DNA of 60,174 nucleotides, filler included, from Squatina squatina (taxonomy: Eukaryota), in the NCBI GenBank assembly GCA_031763465.1. It is 3 parts of 3 records of this genome, joined end to end, with 100 filler letters (N's around TTAATTAATTAA, not from the genome) between each part and the next. Parts side by side here need not be neighbours in the genome. Positions count along the whole stretch, not along the records: positions 1 to 27,555 come from JARFOE010000234.1; positions 27,656 to 43,963 come from JARFOE010000005.1; 1 more part is not named here. One strand, written 5' to 3'. Position 1 is the first letter of the stretch; every line of letters begins with the position of its first letter. This document shows, piece by piece, positions 22,991-36,207 of this stretch. The notes below the pieces were generated by a model that did not search any database, was not told the DNA's origin, and saw nothing but the letters and a program-made list of their open reading frames with translations. Position numbers and translations under genes: made by a program.

Positions 22991-25710
22991 ATTAAGAGTC
23001 CTATCAGTTCAGCTTGTTTGGCACACAAATCATAACCTCTCCATTGGGAGTTAGGCAAACAGAATGCACAAACCTATGAAAATATAATTTATTGTTTCCA
23101 CTGGTACTTCTCTACACAAAGGTTATATAAAACATTTCACCTGCTGATTTCTCTTAATAAATTCACTGAATATTATTCAGAGGGGCCCTTAGTATCTAGA
23201 ACAGAACTGCTCTCTTCTCTTAAGCAGGCTGGTGTGATAAACAAGTGAGTCGGCGCATGAGTTTGAGAAAAGTGAGGTTTCACTTCAGCATTATTCACTG
23301 GTTCCAAGATTTTAATGTTGAAAGATGTGATATCTACACAGTGCTGACTGCCAGTTACAGGCACCTCTGTTACTTGTATACAGCGATATCTACAGTGTGT
23401 GAAGATAATGACTCTCAACTCCGGTTAACCTTTTCACACACACATTCAATAACCATTGATATTTACACAGTGTGAAGATATCCTCAATACCTAGAATAAT
23501 ACCCAGCTGTTACAGGATCAGTTCATAAATACTTTGGCAAAATGTCAGGTGTCACTTATTCACAAGCCCCATTAGAGGGTCAGAATAAAAGTACTTTTAA
23601 GATGATCAGCAAGGATCTGGTGAAGGTCAGTCATTTCTAGAACAGCTCTGAGGAAGCTGTTTAAAATGGACATGGATTAATCCAAACCTGCTTTGCCACC
23701 TTGCCCACATTTATGATTTATGGTTATTCAAACACTATTTAGGGATAGAATTTGACTATGGATCCAACCTTTGGTGGCAAATTACTGAAATGGGATTGAG
23801 GTTTCCTCCTTAAATACACAGATAAATCGTTCTCATTTTTGAAATAAGCTGTGGAAAAGAAATATTAAAATAAATGAATGCCCATTCCATCTATAGATCT
23901 GTGTGCATATCAATTAAAAAGACTGTTAATTTTAGACCTGAGAGGGGGTTCAATTTACTCACCACCATTGTGAAATCAGATTGTTTTTATTTTAGCTCTG
24001 ACCATATTATGCGAGATTTAAAAACATGTTGGAAAAATTGGACCTCGACTCGCCCTTTTCTCAGTGGTAAAACGGGTGTTAGAGAAGAAATTTGGGTAGC
24101 GATCATCCGATCCAATCTCCATTGGAAGTGCATTGATTGCTATATTGTTCAGGTTCTTTGCCTGTTTCAGGACGTTTTTATGATATTAATCTGTGCCAGC
24201 AGCTAATTCACTCATCCTTAAGCCCGGCCAGCAAATCATGGTGGGAACAGTTGAAAAGCTAGCTGTAGAAGCTGTATTTGAAGTGCATGAAAAACTCTGG
24301 AATATTCCACCCTGACTCTACATATTTAAGCACCTTCACGAGGCCACGTTAATCATTACACATCACTAGATGAACATCATGAACCTATGCACCTTGATAC
24401 ACCCCAATGTCTTCCTCCCCCAAGAACTTGTCAAGCAGCATCTTAAAGTACTGCAATGTACCCATGCTTGTCACATGTGGATGTGGATATCTGGTCACAC
24501 CAGTAACTGGCCCCAGAAGATAACAACTCTGAGAAAATGTGCAGGCTGTGGCCAAGGCTGAGTCTCAGGTTGGGATCTGGTACAGCTGGCTGACCGGACA
24601 GTGAATAAGCTGAGAGTTAATGGAAAGGAGCCCATGAGGGCCTAAACTGTGTGAAACAAAGGCACAGTGCTGGGGTCAGGGATAGAGATACCAGAGCCGA
24701 GGTCTACAGAAGTGGAGAAAGCTACAGCGTTAGCAGGTGAATGCTGGACAGCAGGCAGGAATAAAAAGGGAGGTAGAAAGCTGCTTTGGGGTAGCTGTAC
24801 AATGTGGAATCGCAATCTAATTGCTGAAGCCTCAGCTGCATAAGGCTGAGGAGAGCAGGGAGAGCCAAGTTGAGGCCAAGGCACCTTCCTAACCCCGGGA
24901 CCTCACTCCAATGCAGGAAGAAGTTTATTGAATTGACAAGGGTATCAAAATTATTTTAAATGGCTCCAAGCTGTTAATTTTCTACCTCAGACAACTGACA
25001 ATACTAACCCTAAAAATTCAGTCTGCAGCCAAAGGGGTTCACCTTAAGCGCAAAGTGACCTGCAGTTACTCATTCACAAGGATGTCACCAATTACATAGC
25101 AATAATATAGGCAATGCACGAATGTACTATGAAGACTCAACTTCCCTGGGAAAACTTCATAACTACTATTATAATAACTCTCCAATAGAAAAAATAAACA
25201 ATAATCAAAGAATGGGAATAGGAGACTGACCGTAACAAGCATTCTTTCTGATGCAGAAGAAAATAACTTGCAATGTGAGAGCATGTCAGGCAACAGGAGA
25301 AGGAACAGCAGGTATCTGGATCTTAACTCAGGGGGGCAAAAAAGCAATTGAGATTGTGGCTAATGCTGTAGGGGATGGAGGTGTGGGAGCACCTACACAA
25401 ACTGTGCTACACAAGACCATGTGCTTATGATTAAGCATACAAACATTTTTTTCTTTTTTGAAGCCCATGCTCTGAGAAGACTCTTACCTGAGCTGAAGCT
25501 TCAATTAAAATGTGCAGCAGAAAACTGATTGCAAGACTGATCCTTCTTATTTCAGGAGAAAGAAGATAGATAGAATGCAGCTGGAGAAACAGAAGAACTG
25601 ATGCCATGAGCTTCTATGTCAGGGCACAGCAGATGTTTTCTCGTGGATGCCTCCAATTATATAGTTTAACACTGACTCACCAGTACTGATAGATGCATTT
25701 GGGTGACACA

Positions 25711-25873
25711 GGGGTTGAAATTCAACCTCAGCAGCAGCACAAATGGAGTGTTAGTGAATCAGCCACCGGCTTTAGATCCAAATGACTTTAAAGGAAAATT
25801 GGGACGTGCGTCTTGTAGGTGGCCAATTCGCAACTGCCGCTTTGTGCCCCTGCCAAAGTAAAACTTCACCTCC
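25711..25873. mobile_element. ~165-bp MITE (Harbinger-type termini); relatives at ~14900-15075 and 40519-40695
   Basis: GGGGTTGAAATT ... AACTTCACCTCC imperfect terminal inverted repeats; no coding capacity. Confidence 0.55.
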
Positions 25874-26785
25874 AGATAGTTTAGATGAGGACTTGGTCAA
25901 TAAATATACATAACGAAAAGGGGGACCCCTACTGAAACCCACTTCAAGGATAATTGTGGGAAAATACGCAAACAGAGACTGCCTTAAAAAGGTGGGAAGC
26001 TAAAATTTTCAGACTATAATTGCAAAATTAATTTTTCAAAAAGTTATGACAACCTCTGGTAGAGCTCAATGAAATATAAACCAGTTATTTATGAATCCAG
26101 TTATGCCTCCATCAGGTGCTGCAGTCAGAAACGTATATAATATACAGGCAGTCTTTCGAAGGGTTGATTTTAGGGTGGAAATAACAGAATTTAAAATGGG
26201 TGGTGTAATCCTATTCTGAATCTATAATTTACATGGCTGCAGTTTTTCCAGTGGTGAGTGGTGTGGGGGTGTGGGGGTGGGGGGGGAGGAGGGAGGGGCT
26301 TGTGCTTTTTCCTTCCATCCTTACTTCCATCAGAATTTATGGACAGCCTAACTTTTGCCCCAAATTATGGACCATCCCCCAAATCAGCCTGATTTCCACC
26401 CACTCATTTGATGAGAATTTCATGGCCAACCTGATTAAAGTTAGTAATTAACCATGAACAGAAATCCATCATGTTTGCCTCAGAAATTATTTTCGATTGA
26501 CCTTTTTGGGTTTTTTTTTAATAAAAAGTACTGAGCCAATCAAAAATAGCTTTATAAACATAGGGGTTGAAAGTACAGCAGTTCTGCAGCTCAGATGCAG
26601 GAGGCACAGTGAAGGCAGAAAAACTAGTAGGGCCCTTGTGTTTGAGTTAACTAACTCCAAAAGACACAGTTCCCTTTAATTACTGCTTCTCCTTTTTCAA
26701 ACATTGTTATATAAATAATGGCTATAATAAAACTGAGTTAATACAAGGTTACAGTCACTGAATCTAATGTAATCTCAAAATTAAC

Positions 26786-26896
26786 CTTTGAACTACTGTC
26801 TACAGTGTCCACTTGACTACTAATGATCAAATAATCCTGGTTGTCCTGTGCAAAGTGTTTCACATCACTGGTTTCAGATACAATCAAAGACTGAAT
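26786..26896 (-). CDS. ADGRV1: ADGRV1 exon, EAR/EPTP repeat region
   Basis: ccacag|IQSLIVSETSDVKHFAQDNQDYLIISSQVDTVDSSSK|gttaat, 111 nt; resembles the ADGRV1 EAR segment (...YFTSDSQDYLIIASQ...). Confidence 0.82.
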
Positions 26897-27329
26897 CTGT
26901 GGAGAAAATCAAAGCAAAGACTAAGACCATACTTTGAAATTATAACAATATTGCATCCATTTGATTTAATGTTCAAGCATTTCATATCATCAGAATAATA
27001 AAACTGCATTTGATAAAACATACATTGATCTATCATTTACTGGAAAACAGGTAAACATTTTGGTAAAAACTTCAAACCATTTAGGTATCAATTGCTCAGT
27101 AAAAAAAAAACTCCAATTTAAGTCATCAGTTTGAAAATTATTTTATCCAATATTTGCCTATAAAAGATTATAAATATTGAGGGATTTTTCCCCAGTCGGG
27201 CCAAGCTAAGGTCCACTTCTTTTATTTATTAACAACTCAAGTGCTGGCATAAACTGCAAAACGCATAAAAACCTATTCGTTTTATTTCTTCCCCTCTCAA
27301 GCACCATTACCTGAGCCAGAAGATATATC

Positions 27330-27555
27330 GGGGGCAAAATTCCCCTGCTGTGGTGCCTCCAGTTAGCACCTCCGGGGGGCGCTAACGGGGCAAGAAAGTG
27401 TTTTCGCCCGGGGGGTAGGGGTATTATCGGCTCCTGCGAAATTGTGCAGGAGTTAGCGGAGGCACTACCATGTTAGCGCTGCGCTCCACTGGTAGCACCC
27501 CAGGCCACCACGCAATCAGCGATAACATCATCGCCATGCTCGACGCCCCCTTAGC
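27330..27555 (-). mobile_element. Arm of GC-rich MITE family (see 32317-33044)
   Basis: Aligns by eye with the reverse complement of 32860-33044; GGGGCAAAATT terminus. Confidence 0.7.
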
Positions 27556-27655
27556 NNNNNNNNNNNNNNNNNNNNNNNNNNNNNNNNNNNNNNNNNNNNT
27601 TAATTAATTAANNNNNNNNNNNNNNNNNNNNNNNNNNNNNNNNNNNNNNNNNNNN
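27556..27655. other. Artificial scaffold-joining spacer (44N + TTAATTAATTAA + 44N)
   Basis: Six-frame stop linker at 27600-27611 centred in a 100-nt N block. Confidence 0.95.
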
Positions 27656-30600
27656 CCCTCAATCCCCAAAACCAACAATGATGCTTTCACCCAAGACACT
27701 TGAAAATGAGAAGTAAAAAAGGGGAAATAGAAATAAGTAAACAGAAAATAAATAAGAAGAACCAATACTTGGAGAACTAAAAGATAATGATCTGTGAGGA
27801 ATATCTATGCACATTACCATACATCAAGAAATGCAATGATGTGTATCAAAGCTGCCATTTTACAATCTTTTGCCCAAGTACTATCATTATGTTGAGAGAG
27901 AGAGGCTATAAACCCTTATACTCACAGAGCAGACTTTACAGCTTGTAACTTTTGGTTTTCTAGGATTGGTCAATATAACTGAGCAGCTGTGACATCTCCC
28001 TGAGCAACAGTTGTCATAGCAAATGCTGCATTTTTTCCTCAAAAAACACACAACACATAAAAACATAAACAAATCAATAGTATGACCAATGTGCAGTGAA
28101 ACTAATACCAAAACTTCTCTCGTTACATGAATGTCCACATTTTGTAAAAGCAAAACATTCTCCCAGCTTTGTGAAGGATAATATTCAATGGGGCCCACAA
28201 TAATAAGCTGTTACTTAAGAACCTAACTATAGGGGGCTTAAAAACCTCACTTGGATAATTACATAGATGTGGATGATGCACTTCTCTGACCTTATACTCC
28301 CTGCAGCAAATCATAATCATCATTGCATCTGTTGACTCCTACACAAAAATAGAAACATTTGTTCTTCTCTCTTTAATTCACTGGGATATTGAGATTGTAT
28401 TACATTAAAAAAAATATTCTATTTTCTATTAACTGAATAATTGCTGGAGGCTGATAGGTGATATTTTGAATTCCACTGATATGAGCTTGGGCTATTAGTT
28501 TAACGCTCGTAGTTGCATTGGTGCTGCATATTTGATTTGTGTGAATGAATATCATGTGTTTTGAAGATTAGAAAGTGGCTGCAGGAAACAATCAGATTCT
28601 TTGAGTGAGAGCAGAGTCTTGACTGTGGCATACTTACCATGGCCATATTATAATCAAGATTATGGTTCTGACAGTCGAAGAACTAGTTCCATTTCTGACA
28701 AATTATTCCCGAGAAGAATGACCTCAGAATAGAATTCATTCTCTCGAACAGAGTGCTTNNNNNNNNNNNNNNNNNNNNNNNNNNNNNNNNNNNNNNNNNN
28801 NNNNNNNNNNNNNNNNNNNNNNNNNNNNNNNNNNNNNNNNNNNNNNNNNNNNNNNNNNCTTAATGTACTTCAAGCCTTTCGCGTGCAGGCCTCAATGTTA
28901 AAAGAAGATTTTCTCAATGGCCATTGAAGTCAACCTCCTCAGATTGTGCCCGCTCTTCCACTTGATGTTTAACAAACGTTTTAGTATTTATAAAGGTTAA
29001 AAACATGTTAGCTGCTTGAGTAGTATTAAGGCAAATCGTTATTGTCATGATTGAGTGCTACTTTTAGTTATTGTTGTCAAAATCAGATTCTTTAGACTTG
29101 CACATTTCAAAGTCATGCATTCCCACAATTCCGTCAGCAGGTTGAAAGTGACAATGAAAAACATTGCACCCAATTCTTTGATAGAAAAAGAAAAATCTGC
29201 TCTGATTCGCAATGGAGTTACATGACATCTTGAGAGTTGAACTTTCCCTGAATATATAATTTTTTTCATGATTCACTTGCTTGGGGGTATTCCTGTTCTG
29301 CCTATGAACTTTCCTTCTATGTTATAGCTTACAGCTGTGGGAATGCTGAACTCTTTCACTGGTGTAAACCGACATATAGATTTAGAAAAATTATTCATGA
29401 CAATATTAAATAAGACTGAGTTCAAATAGAGGCCAGAAATTAAAATCCATCTAAATTCCATTGGGTCAGGCCAAAGTCAAGCTGTGCCCTGTTCTAGCTA
29501 AGAGAAATCTGGTTATCTTTCAGAAATGAGTTTATTTTGGATTAATTTTCTAAATCTTCATCCAGGCCCAAGAAACTGTCAAACACCACAGCCTCCAAGT
29601 AGATTAAACATTATTTGTCACCTTCAAAATTTGTACTGTTTTGCAGGAAATGGCTTAATAACTCCTTTTTAAAGTCCAGAATTATGGGAAAGCATTCTAT
29701 TGTTCCATCTGTATATTTCATGCTACTCCTGGTCAAACAGCCAGTGGCTGAAACTGCCATGCCTGCTTAAACTAGCCCTTTATGTGAAGCCGCGCAACAC
29801 GTTGATCAGAACAATCAACGCGGTCTGCTGGCACTGCAATATTAGCGACAAACAGTTGCAAAGCGTCACTGAAGTCTGATGCTGCAGGCAGGAGAGGCAG
29901 TAGGGCATAGATCGAGCACTAATAAAGAACATGATCTTGGAAGGGTTGAGAAAACACACAGAGAGATTGAATAGCATCTCAAAAATGTCACCTCTAACTT
30001 GAAGCTTTTAAAGTCTACCAGTAGATCTTCCATGGTGCCTCTCAGGGTGAGTTAGCGGGCGTGCTCTTTTATAACAATAGGGATGTTGATACCAGATAGA
30101 GGATAACAGCAGGGCCACTGATTTACAGTAACTGAATAAGTCAAATTCCATTTTTATCAAGGGTTATTTTAGAATCTTACTGGTGCCTTGGGGATTGAAT
30201 TTCACAACTCTGTAGAAACTGTAAATTAGTAGCTTGTATTTTATTATATTCCTCTATTTCTGGATTTAATTTTTGTCCCCTGCCATTTTCAAAGCTGAGA
30301 ATGCGCAGTATTTAGCAGCACTGAGGAAAAGGAGTGAGGTTCAGCTGAGTTTGGCTTTGGTAGAAATGTAGGTGGCTCAGGGCCTTGGCAGGACTTGGGT
30401 AGGGATCCTAGAGTTGGCAGTGGGGATACTGAGGTATGCCCTTTGGCCTAGCTTCACCATGGAGCAGACTCTTGTGTTTAGCGAAACTATGGAAGGCAAA
30501 TCTGAGGATTGGCAGAATGAGAGGTGAAACATGAGAGTTGGCTCACTGAAGGATTCCTTCAGTCTTGGAGCAGCGAGGGATAAAAGGATGCTATGTCTGA

Positions 30601-30685
30601 CAGCACTGCTTTGTGGCCTTCTAAGTGACTATGAAGTTTATCTATGTTAAAGGTATTATATCAATGCAAGATGCTGTCATTGCCA

Positions 30686-31140
30686 GTGTCAGCTATGGCT
30701 CAGTAGGTAGCACATTTGCCACTTATTCAGAAGGTTGTGGGTTCAAGTCCCACTCCAGGGACTTAAGCACATAAATCTAAGCTGACACCCACAGTGCGGT
30801 GCTGAGGGAGTGCTGCACTGTCAGAGGTGCCATATTTTGGACGAGATGTTAAACCGAGGCCCCGTCTGCTCTCTCAGGTCACATGGCACTATTTTGAAGA
30901 AGAGCAGGGGAGTTCTCTCTAGTGTCCTGACCAATATTTATCCCTCAATCAACATAATAAAAAGAAACAGATTATCTGGTCATTATCATATTGCTGTTTG
31001 TGAGAGCTTGCTGTGCACAAATTGGCAGCCGCATTTCCCACATTACAACAGTGACAACGCTCCAAAAGTACTTCATCGGCTGTACAGCATTTTGAAACAT
31101 CCGGTGCTCATAAAAGGCACTGTATTAATGCAAGTCTTTT
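30686..31140 (+). mobile_element. Near full-length SacSINE1/DeuSINE (tRNA head, Deu domain, LINE-like tail)
   Basis: A box TGGCTCAGTAGG (30696-30707), B box GGTTCAAGTCCC (30740-30751), Deu core GTGCTGCACTGTCAGAGGTGCC...GAGATGTTAAACCGAGG...CATGGCACT, tail ...AATGCAAGTCTTTT. Confidence 0.88.
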
Positions 31141-32316
31141 TGTTGAAATTCTACCAACATTGGATTTTGTGTTTNNNNNNNNNNNNNNNNNNNNNNNNNN
31201 NNNNNNNNNNNNNNNNNNNNNNNNNNNNNNNNNNNNNNNNNNNNNNNNNNNNNNNNNNNNNNNNNNNNNNNNNNATATTAGAAAATGGATGCTTTGTTTA
31301 AGCAGGAAAGGTCTAACCTCTTTATATCACTTGATTCATCCCAGAAAAATGATATCTCCTCCTTTGATGCGCCGTCTACAGAATACAAATGATCTTATTG
31401 TGTGAGAGGCCTACAGAGTTATCCTTTATCCTTCATCCCTCTGTGGAAGAAGGGCCAAAAGAACAGAACTTCTAAGTTGCATGGGAGTTGTCTTGAAATC
31501 TCTTTATTAGCTATTACAATGGAGTCCCAGGCATCTGCAGGGACGGTGCTTTGCATAAATAGACACCGAGTGTAATTTGTATTTCGCAGGGAAGGTTATT
31601 AGTTTTCTACTGATGCCGCAGCAAGCAGAAAGCCTTAATGACATTAGTATTAAACTCAGCCATTCTTGGACAAATGCCAGTTCGCTGGAGGACAGGATTG
31701 AGCATTAGAATGTGCAGATAAAAGATTAGCTTTGGGACTGTCACATTAGTGAAGCCCAGTAGCCTGGGTTTGTATTTAAATTATGGGCAAGATAGTGTGT
31801 TTCACTAAATTCTTTCCAACAAATTCCATTTATATACCATGCACATATCATTATAAATACTGCCTGTATCTGCAGTCACCTCAATCACTGAGCTGCTACT
31901 CAATTATATCTGATACAATATATGTTGACATAATAGTGGGTATGAAGCCTTTTCTCAGTTTATATATGATGACAGCAGTTACTGTGCTTTAAGTTAGACC
32001 TGGTGAAGAGCGATGGTGGTAATTATGATGATTCTAGGTGCTGTAAGAAAATAATTGGTGCCATTAGAACCGTCTGGCTGGGAGTGACTAGGTGTTGCAC
32101 TGTGAGGGTTGGTTGATCATGGGGAAAATGCAATAAAACCTCTTGCAATAAGAAACAGCTTAATGTAAAATCCAACCTAACAGCGCGCTGCTAGAGGCTG
32201 GATTGTGTACGGTGGGAGGGAGCAGAGGGTGTCTCCAATAACCATTGCATCTGGTCTCCATTACACAGGCTTGGTTCTTCATGTTGTCAAAGGCTATAAG
32301 GTTGTACATAGTCTAA

Positions 32317-33044
32317 CGGCTAAAAATTCGGTATCGCCCTGTTTACTGCACCAGGCGCGAAAGTCCCGCCCCGCGAGCTATATTGGGGTTACTGCCCCAG
32401 AGAGGAAGTGGCGTGCAAAATCTCGTGCTTCACTTCCTCTCGGAGGCAGGGCAGGGGCAAACAGGGAGGCGAATTTCCCAGCGCTACACGATGGGAGGCG
32501 TAGCGCTGGCGGGAAGACAGGGCCCTCTCTTTCCATTAAAGGGGAGGGGACGCTGCGTACTCTGCATTAGGGAGAAGGGGCGACTGCTAGATTACCAGGG
32601 AGTGGAGTGCTGTGGCAGCAGCCTGGCACACAAACAGAGTGCTGGACTGCAACATTGTGGCATGGACCCCACAATATGAGGATGGGAAAGTCGGCCATTT
32701 TTAAAATTTCAGCGCTGCACCTCCACTTTAATTTTCGCCCTATGAGTGACCTAAAACCTGGCACTCGATCCGTGAAGCTGTCGCCAGCATCGCCTGTGGC
32801 AACCTCACGGGGCGCTACTGAACTTTTGCTCCGAGGCGAAAACAGGTCGTTGCGCACGGTAATGACATCGTTATAGCCGGCACAGCGGCCCGGGTTGCTA
32901 CCAGCAGGAGCAGAGCGCTACCGGTTAGCACCGCCGCTACACTCCCGTGGAAGTTCGTGGGAGTCGGTAGCAGTGCCATGCCCAGGGTAAAAAGTCATTT
33001 GCGCCCCCTTAACTAGAGGTGCAAATGACCCCAATTTCTCCCCC
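32317..33044 (+). mobile_element. ~730-bp GC/CpG-rich non-autonomous Harbinger-type element
   Basis: Termini CGGCTAAAAATTCGG / CCCCAATTTCTCCCC, preceded by TAA; related copies at 27330, 34644 and 45756. Confidence 0.7.
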
Positions 33045-34643
33045 TTTATTTTTTAATAGGCTTTAAAGTACAGGGAATTCAGAAGTTAAAATCTTTTCAG
33101 AAAGGAGAACATTTTATTCCTATGGTGTTAATGTTCTGATTTTTAAAGTTTGAACACCTGATTTTCCGATTCGACTTGAACTCCGTTTTAAGATGATGCG
33201 CTTTAAGGACAAGGGAGTTATGATGCACCATTCAGAGTAAGAGAAAGCATAGCTCAAACAGTTACATAAATTGTCTGCTGTACACTCTCACTGCACAGAG
33301 TACAAACCAAATACAGGACGGAAAGCACTTGTTTAAAATTACACTTACAAAATTTCCAAAAAGTTCCAGCTGAAAATCATCGTGGGAAGGGCCTGGTAAT
33401 TTGTTGTTGGAAATGATAATTGGAGTCTTCACTACAAATTATTTAACAATCTTAGAAGTTCAGTCTAGTTTTGTTCCTACTAACAATGAACAGGTAGCTG
33501 TAAGTACGCTCAGAAAAGTGTTTTTAAGAATTCTCCTTTTTGTTCTGTATGCTGCTTTTTTTGGAAGACTGCCCTTGGAATGTAGTATTGAAAGGTCATA
33601 TAAGAAAACACACTGTTGCCCTGGAATGTGTGCATTAGCCTTAGATTATTTCCTATTACCAGATTATCAGTGTGACCATTGGCTCACAAAAGGTTTTCGG
33701 AGTATGTTGCTTTGCAACCAGCTCAAACCGTGGGAGAGAAGTACTGCAATAGTTTGAAAGAAGAGTTAGCCCAAGTTGCTATGGTTACTCCTGTTGGAAG
33801 AAGTATTGTAAACCGAGGCACTCTTGACTGAGGTGCCACAGTATGGGTCAAAGCTTTGTGCATGAATCTGTATTGTAGTTGCTACAGAGCTCTTGTTAGA
33901 ATTNNNNNNNNNNNNNNNNNNNNNNNNNNNNNNNNNNNNNNNNNNNNNNNNNNNNNNNNNNNNNNNNNNNNNNNNNNNNNNNNNNNNNNNNNNNNNNNNN
34001 NNNCAATTACCTCATTTTAAATGTTGTCTGCCACTGGAGTCAATCAATCCCAATCCACTGCAGGATTTAAATTATTTGCAGCATCGCATTTTACAGATCT
34101 CGTTCCTCTTGTGTAAAATATGTTTTTGTTGTCATTTTTGTCTCGCTATAATTACCATACAAATGATTCCATAAATGGACTGTGTTTCAAAGAATCATTT
34201 ATTTCTAGTTTTACCTGAAATCAATAGAAATCCTGACCAACCATTACCCTGATCCAAGCATATCATCAGCAAATGGCAGCTAGATAAATGTGTGTTTATC
34301 AGGATTCCACCACATCACATAGGCTGTGAGTCATTACTCTGTATCTATCACAGACTTAAAAAAATTAATTTTAAACCAACTTATGTTGTTTTTGTAAATT
34401 CCAGTTTAATTATTTTTTTCCATCAACCTGTGCTTATCACTTCATTCCATACAACAGGACAGACACCCAGTGCTATTACTGTATTTTTTCCCCATTTTAC
34501 AGCAGGGATGCTGTGTGTACAAATCTGCGATGTGGAACTGAAGGGGTAAGCAAAAGGGCAACAGTCAGTGGACAATTTGAAGACACGTTTCATTTTATAG
34601 CAATTAGATTGAGCCACCGAGCTGCAATGGAACACTGGCTCTG

Positions 34644-35181
34644 TAGCCGTGAAATTCCATTGCGACCCACTTCAGGGCGGTAAATTCCGCGAGGCCGGAC
34701 TTTTTGCATCAGGTGCAGGGGTCCCGCCCCGCTCCCAAAATTGGAGTGCAAAAAAATCATGGCACCTCGTCTCTGGGGCGTTAAGCGGGTGGACGGGTTG
34801 GGAGCGGGGCGCAGCACTACGCACTGCCACGTAGGAGGGGCTCTCCCCTTCATTAAAGGGGAGGGCCCAAGCTGCCAACTCTGTGGGGCCCTACATGGAC
34901 CACTAGGGAGCGAGGGTGCTATGCCACCAGCCTGGCACTCAAACGGAGTGCCAGGCTGCCAGATCACAGCACAGACCCTACGTTCAAAGCGGCAACGGGG
35001 CGCTCAGGAAAATGCCGACATTTTTTTCCAACATGGCCGACACCTCCCCTTTAAGTAGCGCCCCTCGAGCCTCCTGCCACCCGGTTCACATCCCCTGTCG
35101 CTGTCATCGTCCGGTGCAGCTTCAGGGGGCGCAGGCCAATTTTTGTTCCGGGGATAAAACAGGGCACTGCGCATGGTGATG
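34644..35181 (+). mobile_element. Second copy of the GC-rich Harbinger-type element
   Basis: Shares CCCT..CATTAAAGGGGAGGG, CAGCCTGGCAC.CAAAC.GAGTGC and TTTTG.TCCG.GG..AAAACAGG with 32317-33044. Confidence 0.7.
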
Positions 35182-36207
35182 NNNNNNNNNNNNNNNNNNN
35201 NNNNNNNNNNNNNNNNNNNNNNNNNNNNNNNNNNNNNNNNNNNNNNNNNNNNNNNNNNNNNNNNNNNNNNNNNNNNNNNNNCCATAGGAGAGGACTTTCA
35301 GTACAATATATTGTCCAAGTCATTGTTACCGAGAACCAGACTGTTTCTGAGGTCTGGACTTAGATGCCCATTGAAATGTTTTGGTGATTTGTTCAAATGC
35401 AATTTTTTTGCAAATGCTTCAATTTTTCCTGGATCTAATTTTGGATACTTTTACAGAGACAGTCTATTTAAAGCTGTCGGTTTGTGCAAATAGTCCATGG
35501 CTGTGGAATGTTTCTTGCATACTGATTAACACAGTCAGCTGGATGAATGCCATTCATTAGTATGCCGCTCACTAAAACACTTGCACACTATTCACAAATT
35601 CCCACTTAGCAGGGAATCAAATTACAGGAGCCTCCAGGTGCTGCTAATTCTTCACAAATGGTATAAATCCACGCTGCATTGTCAGTGCAAGTCCATCTGA
35701 TAACTTGCTTACTTTTAAAGAAGACAGCGGAAAAGGGGTTGCAACCCCATGGAGACTGAGTTTTCAAATCACAAATGACTTTGTTGAAGTAATTTGACAC
35801 CCAGGCTGTAAGAAAATATTGATTAGGCAAGTAAACATTGCTGGATATCTTGTAAAGAATTAAAAGATGACCTGGAGGCTAGCATTGCACAAAGTCATGC
35901 ACCATTGGTGCATGTAAAAGCAGTTGATGCAAAGAGGATTTTATCTCCAGATGCTTTACAGACAGATGCTGGAAGAAATNNNNNNNNNNNNNNNNNNNNN
36001 NNNNNNNNNNNNNNNNNNNNNNNNNNNNNNNNNNNNNNNNNNNNNNNNNNNNNNNNNNNNNNNNNNNNNNNNNNNNNNNAAGGTGGTTGGGGGACGAAAC
36101 AAGGAGAATCTATATCCAAACAGCTTGAATTTTACAATATTTGAGCACCTACTGTACTAAACAGAGATGCGCAAGAGAATTTTCAACTGTGGCAAGCAGC
36201 AAAATAA

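Noticed and set aside
23325-23482. CRISPR-like repeat-spacer pattern
   Set aside because: Eukaryotic intron, only three degenerate repeats, irregular spacing and no cas genes.
30686-30760. tRNA gene
   Set aside because: The A/B boxes belong to a SINE head followed by the Deu domain; there is no intact cloverleaf.
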